DNA from: Candidatus Delongbacteria bacterium
Lineage (GTDB): Bacteria; CAIWAD01
Reading direction: 5' to 3'
DNA length: 64,000 bases
Assembly: GCA_963663545.1 (NCBI GenBank)
Contig: OY760505.1
Location: 2,144,001-2,208,000 of the forward strand
Shown one piece after another: positions 59,036 through 64,000 of the stretch. Position 1 is the first letter of the stretch. The number at the start of each line of letters is the position of its first letter. A model generated the notes under the pieces. That model searched no databases, was not told the DNA's origin, and worked only from the letters and a program-made list of their open reading frames with translations. The translations under genes and the position numbers were made by a program.

Positions 59036-62000
59036 CTATTCGAATGACGTTGGCCCCTTCTCGCGACTGCTCTCACGTTGTTGTGCGGATTGGATTCGCT
59101 CTCGGAAGCGTGGCTCTTCAAGTGCTGCCAGTCTTGCAACCTCAGGGATCGCGGAGTTGATGAGCGCGTCCAGGAGTGGCTCTCGTGCAATCAGGATGTC
59201 GGCCAGCGAACCGCCCCATGATCGCGGATGCAGGCTGTCAATCAATTCAGGGACTATTCTTTCGTATGAATTTGCCAATTCCAGAAGTGTTTGGAGGATT
59301 GGCTTCCATTCCAGTTTACCATCTACTGTGTGGTACAGCGGGGTAGCTTCTATCAGGACGCAAATGCGTTCATTGGGATTTTCCTGGCACCAATCAATCA
59401 GCAGATCACTACTGATTTTGTCGAATGGGTTGCTGCGTTCATCTCGGAGTGAACTATGCCATGAGATTGCGCTCAAGTGTTCTGCCGTTCCGAATGCATG
59501 CAAGAATTTGTCAGGGATCTTCTCTGCAAGCAGGTTCAGCAGGAGCGACAAATCCATGCGGATTGATTGTTCACGAATGTTATCAAGCTCGGCTTCGCCA
59601 ATGCGGTCTATACAGATTAGAGCAACGCCTGCGATGGTATAGCCCGATGAACCTGGTCCACCAAGCTCATCAGCTTTGATGAATGACCGCAACACCTGAA
59701 GCGCGGCAGACTTCAGGCGCATTGAATATGGCGCAGCAGCTGAATCTCTCCCATGAGCTCTCATGGTAAGGATTTCTATAACGGTGGCAAGCCCATGTTT
59801 TTTGGGGATCATCATTTCTAGCAGGGTAGCGATCTGATCGTCAGAGAACGCCTCGTGGACTCTTCCCCATCCAAGTACTTTGTATCCACGGACATCGCAT
59901 ACTTCGCTTTCAATGGCTTTGATGATTCGATTGAAGTCCCGTTCATCCATGTTTCGATGAAGCTGGAAGAAGGGGAAGTCGTGCTGAATACTCGGGATTG
60001 CCAATATTCTATCGAGTAGTGCGTGGTGTTCCTCTCTGTGTGTTTCAAGAACACCATCCATGAACCCGCGCAAGATTCCAGTTTGCCTAGAGTCCGAAGG
60101 AAGTCCTTCGAATTGCGAAAGCAGGTACTGCCAAGTCGAAGACAGCGTGATTGTTGAGTCAGCAATCCCAAGCCCGAAATAGTACTGCGCCTGAGTTTTG
60201 GCCATAAACAACTGCGGCCAAAGCTGCTCTACTGTCTTAAGGTTCTTTCCCGCAGCCCGTCCCAGATCCTGCGCCTCTAGGTTTACTCGTTCCCATTCGT
60301 TTGGGGCGTCCGCACCCTCAAGTAAGAAGCGGCCAAGGGCGTGCTTTCGAGAGTCATCTGCAAGTACAACAGCAAGTATTCTACTTGGGAGATCCGCTGG
60401 TCGTAGCTTGAGCTCGAGGTCTTCAAGTGGCCCGTGTAAGTCAACATGTATAACGTCAGGGCCTCGGCCGAGTAGATCGAGGATCGAGTGCCAGCCTTCA
60501 ATCCAGCCGCCTTGTTCATGAAATGCTAGGGCTATCTCAGATAGCAACTCCCACCTTTCCGCACGTGCCCACAGCCCAGTAAATCGTTTCGCAAGAACAT
60601 TCCTCGCGCATCTGGCTGTTGGCCTGTCGCTTGTGGCGTGCTCCGCGCATATCTGAATGAAACATGAGAACCACTGGTCAATTTCGGTTGCTGACATGGT
60701 TCTACGAATACCACTTCGATCATGTGTACCGAACTCGTCGTGCGAGTACGTGTCTAAGTTTATTGTTTTCAGAGCTGTTGATAGGAGTTCAAGACCAAGT
60801 TGGGATTCCGAATCACTATCCGATTCCAACAACTCTTTGACAATTCTAGATCTTTCTTCCAGACTGGCTGTCGTTCCAGAGTTGATGCACTGAAATGATG
60901 AGCTAAGGCAGTTCATCGGGTGGTCTCTTGCATGACTAGCAATCTTGTCCGATCGAAGGAGCATCCGCAGAGCTTGTACGCACCTACTAAAGTACTCAGC
61001 AGAGTAGCCTATGTGGTACAGGACTTTTGTAAATGACTTTAGGGTTAGTTTTGGAATTTCCTCAATTGGAATAGAGCCAAGAACCCTTTCAATAGCATCG
61101 AGTGCGCTCGCTGGGTTCGCTGCAGCGAGATTTTGGAAGATATCCTTCGTGCAATAATCCATGGAGAGAAGGTGTATACCTATTGGACCCGCCTTGGATA
61201 GCCAACTGCTTGCGATTTGCTTGGCGGTGCTTGATTGGTGGAGGTATGACAGTCTGCGCGTCAGGGATGTCAGCAAACGAGTCGGCCATTGGGAATGCAA
61301 TACTGAAAATGATGTTGGTGGAATCAGGCCTAGAGCTTCGTTAGCCAATTTGTTCGCAATGGCCTGTGGAAGGACAGCACGCCAATTGCTTCTCTCTTGA
61401 ACTAGCCCCCGCTCAAGCAGAATGGATGAGTATCTGTATAGCTCTTCTGGTGTACTATTCGCAATGGCTGCTAGATATAACAGCTCGGAGTCTTTATCCG
61501 ATAAATCGCAATCGAATGAATACACGATAGCGAGTATACGTGCTGCAGCTCTCAGCTTGTGGTCTTCTGCATGTCGTTGTTGAAAGAGCCGATCGAACAG
61601 CTCCTCATCCTGCAGTTGCGCAGTGTTCTTGGTCTTTCTTAGCTGATTCGCCAGTGCAATAGCAATTCTGCAGTTTCTATCTGAATATTCTGCTATTCGG
61701 TATGAGTCACGTCTAGTTAGGCTGGGAAACCTAGTCTTTACAAGATCTGCAAGATTCGCCTGATCTAGTCCGTGCAAGCGAAAGACATCAGTCTCGCCTT
61801 GAATGTTTTCGCGAATGTCGTACTCGATCGTGAGTATGCTGATTTGGCTTCGGCTTTGCCTGCATACATCGATAAGTCGTTTATGCTCCTGCGGTGAACA
61901 GTTGTCTACTATCAGGATTGTGCGTGTTCTGATCTCAGCCAGTTGCATTGCCAGCGACTTAGAATCGGGTTGCAGTGAATCTGCGGCATCACCATAGATC

Positions 62001-62821
62001 ACGTCATTTATTCTAAGTGGATTCTCGCCAACGGCTTCATCAAACAGGGCTTGGGCAAATCTAGTCTTCCCCACCCCTGAAAGACCTACGAGTCTGATAA
62101 TCTGTTTAGGGGCAGATAACTGTTCACGTATCCGGTTTATGGCATCGACGATAGTCAGGTGAGATTCTGAAGAACCGGTTAAGTCTTCCACACGCTCAGA
62201 AGAGTCGTACAGGTATTGGCCCTGGCATTTCGGATCGCTATCCGCCCACTGTCCAAAGGGTCTCCATCCATATTGTGGCTGGCCGATCTTCTCCTTCACC
62301 CACAGGACAAGAGATGGGAAGCATCGCACCCAGTCCGCAATCTTCTGTCTGTCGTAGAACTGAAGTTGGTCTTTGGCACAAACAATCTCTCCTTGAACCG
62401 CCTCCTGCATTCCGGCTAATCGTGACTTCAGCATTGAATCCGACGTGTCGGCACCAGATGACGCAATCACATATGCGCCACCAGCGACAAGGATCTCTTT
62501 AATCGCCGGCTTCAGGCTACCATCCGGATTCAGCATCTCCTTCTTTACATCGCCTTTAGTCAAGTCAGGCTTCTTCACTTGGATGGCGGTCAACTTTCTG
62601 GGGATGTATCCAATGGCTAGTGCTCGCGCCTCATCACGACAGTCGACTTTGACATCAATTCCACCGTCGGCAGCATTCTGGTCACCGCCCCAGCTCACGA
62701 ACTTGCGGCTGATCGAATTTTTGGCTAACTCGGCCTTGCATAGTAGGGCAATGAGCTCGCGAAGATCAGTGTCATTCAGCTGAGCGATCTGATTCTTGGA
62801 GACGTCTAGGAACTCGTGCAT
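59036..62821 (-). CDS. Nuclease-STAND NTPase protein (Avs-like candidate antiphage protein)
   Basis: N-terminal DGGIDV...IQVK (PD-(D/E/Q)xK-like), Walker A GLSGVGKT, Walker B ILIVDN, and a long helical C-terminus. Visibly lower GC than the flanking host DNA. Confidence 0.7.
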   Translation of the reverse strand: MHEFLDVSKNQIAQLNDTDLRELIALLCKAELAKNSISRKFVSWGGDQNAADGGIDVKVDCRDEARALAIGYIPRKLTAIQVKKPDLTKGDVKKEMLNPDGSLKPAIKEILVAGGAYVIASSGADTSDSMLKSRLAGMQEAVQGEIVCAKDQLQFYDRQKIADWVRCFPSLVLWVKEKIGQPQYGWRPFGQWADSDPKCQGQYLYDSSERVEDLTGSSESHLTIVDAINRIREQLSAPKQIIRLVGLSGVGKTRFAQALFDEAVGENPLRINDVIYGDAADSLQPDSKSLAMQLAEIRTRTILIVDNCSPQEHKRLIDVCRQSRSQISILTIEYDIRENIQGETDVFRLHGLDQANLADLVKTRFPSLTRRDSYRIAEYSDRNCRIAIALANQLRKTKNTAQLQDEELFDRLFQQRHAEDHKLRAAARILAIVYSFDCDLSDKDSELLYLAAIANSTPEELYRYSSILLERGLVQERSNWRAVLPQAIANKLANEALGLIPPTSFSVLHSQWPTRLLTSLTRRLSYLHQSSTAKQIASSWLSKAGPIGIHLLSMDYCTKDIFQNLAAANPASALDAIERVLGSIPIEEIPKLTLKSFTKVLYHIGYSAEYFSRCVQALRMLLRSDKIASHARDHPMNCLSSSFQCINSGTTASLEERSRIVKELLESDSDSESQLGLELLSTALKTINLDTYSHDEFGTHDRSGIRRTMSATEIDQWFSCFIQICAEHATSDRPTARCARNVLAKRFTGLWARAERWELLSEIALAFHEQGGWIEGWHSILDLLGRGPDVIHVDLHGPLEDLELKLRPADLPSRILAVVLADDSRKHALGRFLLEGADAPNEWERVNLEAQDLGRAAGKNLKTVEQLWPQLFMAKTQAQYYFGLGIADSTITLSSTWQYLLSQFEGLPSDSRQTGILRGFMDGVLETHREEHHALLDRILAIPSIQHDFPFFQLHRNMDERDFNRIIKAIESEVCDVRGYKVLGWGRVHEAFSDDQIATLLEMMIPKKHGLATVIEILTMRAHGRDSAAAPYSMRLKSAALQVLRSFIKADELGGPGSSGYTIAGVALICIDRIGEAELDNIREQSIRMDLSLLLNLLAEKIPDKFLHAFGTAEHLSAISWHSSLRDERSNPFDKISSDLLIDWCQENPNERICVLIEATPLYHTVDGKLEWKPILQTLLELANSYERIVPELIDSLHPRSWGGSLADILIAREPLLDALINSAIPEVARLAALEEPRFRERIQSAQQRESSREKGPTSFE

Positions 62822-63067
62822 TGGGCTTGTCCTGGTCTTGATGTGCCCGATTAATATCGTTCATACATTTTGCCCATGTTTGTAACTGACTATGTCAACC
62901 CAGATAGACTTTATCGTTGTTTCGTAGGATAGATACATTTAGCTGATCAATAGTCGTAGGGGAGTTAACACACGCGTGAGGAGCAACTGATGGTTGCTGT
63001 CCAATCCATCCTGAGCAGGATGATAAAAGAATGCAATACTGCACGTGCATGCTTCCAAGTTTGGTGG

Positions 63068-64000
63068 GAGGGTATCAGGAATTCTGTGTAAATAGCCAGA
63101 TTCTCTCAGAGGAGGAATTCAAGTGGCTATTTCGAAAGACCTAATCCAGGAGCTTCTGCGTGAGTGCAAGACACCGGCAGACCTGCTTGGTGAACACGGC
63201 ATCCTGAAGCAGCTGAGCAAAGAGCTCATCGAGGCTGCGCTTGGTGCGGAGCTGACAGATCATCTGGGCTATTCCAAGCATGAAAATGGAACCAAGCCTA
63301 CCGACAATAGGCGCAACGGCAGCACTAGAAAGCGCGTACGAAGCGATCAGGGCGACATGGAAATCGAAGTTCCCAGAGACCGGGACGCGACCTTTGAGCC
63401 CATGCTGATCGGCAAGCACCAACGCGAGATTCCTGGCTTCAGCGACAAGATCCTGTCGATGTATGCTCGTGGCATGTCGACACGGGAGATCACGGAGCAC
63501 CTGAAGGAGATCTACGGAACCGAGGTATCGCCGCAGTTCATCACCTCGGTGACCGACGGTGTTGTAGAGCATCTGGAAGCCTGGCAGAACCGGGATCTGG
63601 ACGAAGTGTATCCCATTGTTTTCTTCGACGCTATCATCGTCAAAGCCAGAGAAAACAGGCGTGTGCAGAAGTGCGCCATTCACTTGGCGCTGGCCATCAA
63701 CCTCGATGGGCAAAAGGAGCTGCTGGGCCTTTGGGTAAGCGAGAACGAGGGTGCACAGTACTGGCTTAGCGTGATCACGGAACTGCGGAACCGCGGGGTT
63801 CGGGACATCCTGATCGCTGCTGTAGACGGCTTGACTGGCTTTCCTGACGCCATCCGTGCTGTTTTTCCGAAGACGGATGTCCAGCTGTGCATCGTTCATG
63901 CGGTCAGGAATTCGCTGAAGTACGTGTCCTACAAAGAGCGTCGCGCTGTCGCCACAGACTTGAAGCAGGTCTACAGTGCTCCGACGGAAGAAGCCGCTCT
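63068..64000 (+). mobile_element. IS256-family insertion sequence, left part (truncated by the window end)
   Basis: Probable left inverted repeat GAGGGTATCAGGAATTCTGTGTAA upstream of the transposase. The exact end cannot be confirmed without the right end. Confidence 0.85.
63123..64000 (+). CDS. IS256-family transposase (partial)
   Basis: Manual translation from GTG after GAGGAGG: MAISKDLIQELL...HLGY...RNG...VPRDRDATFEP...MYARGMSTREI...FFDAI...LRNRGVRDILIAAVDGLTGF...QLCIVH. Confidence 0.95.
   Translation, partial: MAISKDLIQELLRECKTPADLLGEHGILKQLSKELIEAALGAELTDHLGYSKHENGTKPTDNRRNGSTRKRVRSDQGDMEIEVPRDRDATFEPMLIGKHQREIPGFSDKILSMYARGMSTREITEHLKEIYGTEVSPQFITSVTDGVVEHLEAWQNRDLDEVYPIVFFDAIIVKARENRRVQKCAIHLALAINLDGQKELLGLWVSENEGAQYWLSVITELRNRGVRDILIAAVDGLTGFPDAIRAVFPKTDVQLCIVHAVRNSLKYVSYKERRAVATDLKQVYSAPTEEAA

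Noticed and set aside
63141..63899. 252-aa - strand ORF
   Set aside because: Antisense frame of the IS256 transposase, whose real CDS is on + and leaves the window.
1..64000. CRISPR array, tRNA or rRNA genes
   Set aside because: No regularly spaced direct repeats, cloverleaf/T-loop signatures or rRNA-like stretches were seen. The 7-bp motif is irregularly spaced.

Overview
Ordinary chromosomal DNA (roughly 55-60% GC by eye) from what is probably an FCB-superphylum candidate-phylum bacterium. That assignment is inferred from PorQ/PorV-like and DUF4835/PorD-like genes, many 'PNPFNP' T9SS/FlgD-type C-terminal domains, gingipain-like C25 proteins and a flagellin. Housekeeping genes include a thiamine-salvage pair (SSS transporter + thiamine pyrophosphokinase), glgA, galT, STAS/PP2C partner-switching genes, coaD, pta, Mrp/ApbC and polA. 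The window also holds large secreted proteins (three tandem C25 paralogues, a CarboxypepD_reg repeat protein, a PPC-like repeat protein, a beta-propeller), a Zn/Mn ABC transporter, and a TetR-MFP-(AcrB::TolC fusion) efflux unit. From about 58.7 kb there is a compositionally foreign island carrying a 1261-aa nuclease-STAND (Avs-like) gene and the left end of an IS256-family element. The most striking unexplained signals are: (1) a highly iterated degenerate 7-bp palindrome GTRWYAC (about 100 GTGATAC/GTATCAC copies counted by eye in 58 kb against about 6 expected), which was not seen in the island; (2) a complete tryptophan attenuator (WWW leader peptide, antiterminator, terminator) with no trp gene behind it; (3) three different C-terminal sorting signatures next to T9SS-like genes; (4) a TPR + tandem Fis-HTH regulator with a long palindrome abutting its promoter. 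All calls come from reading the sequence; no database searches were run.
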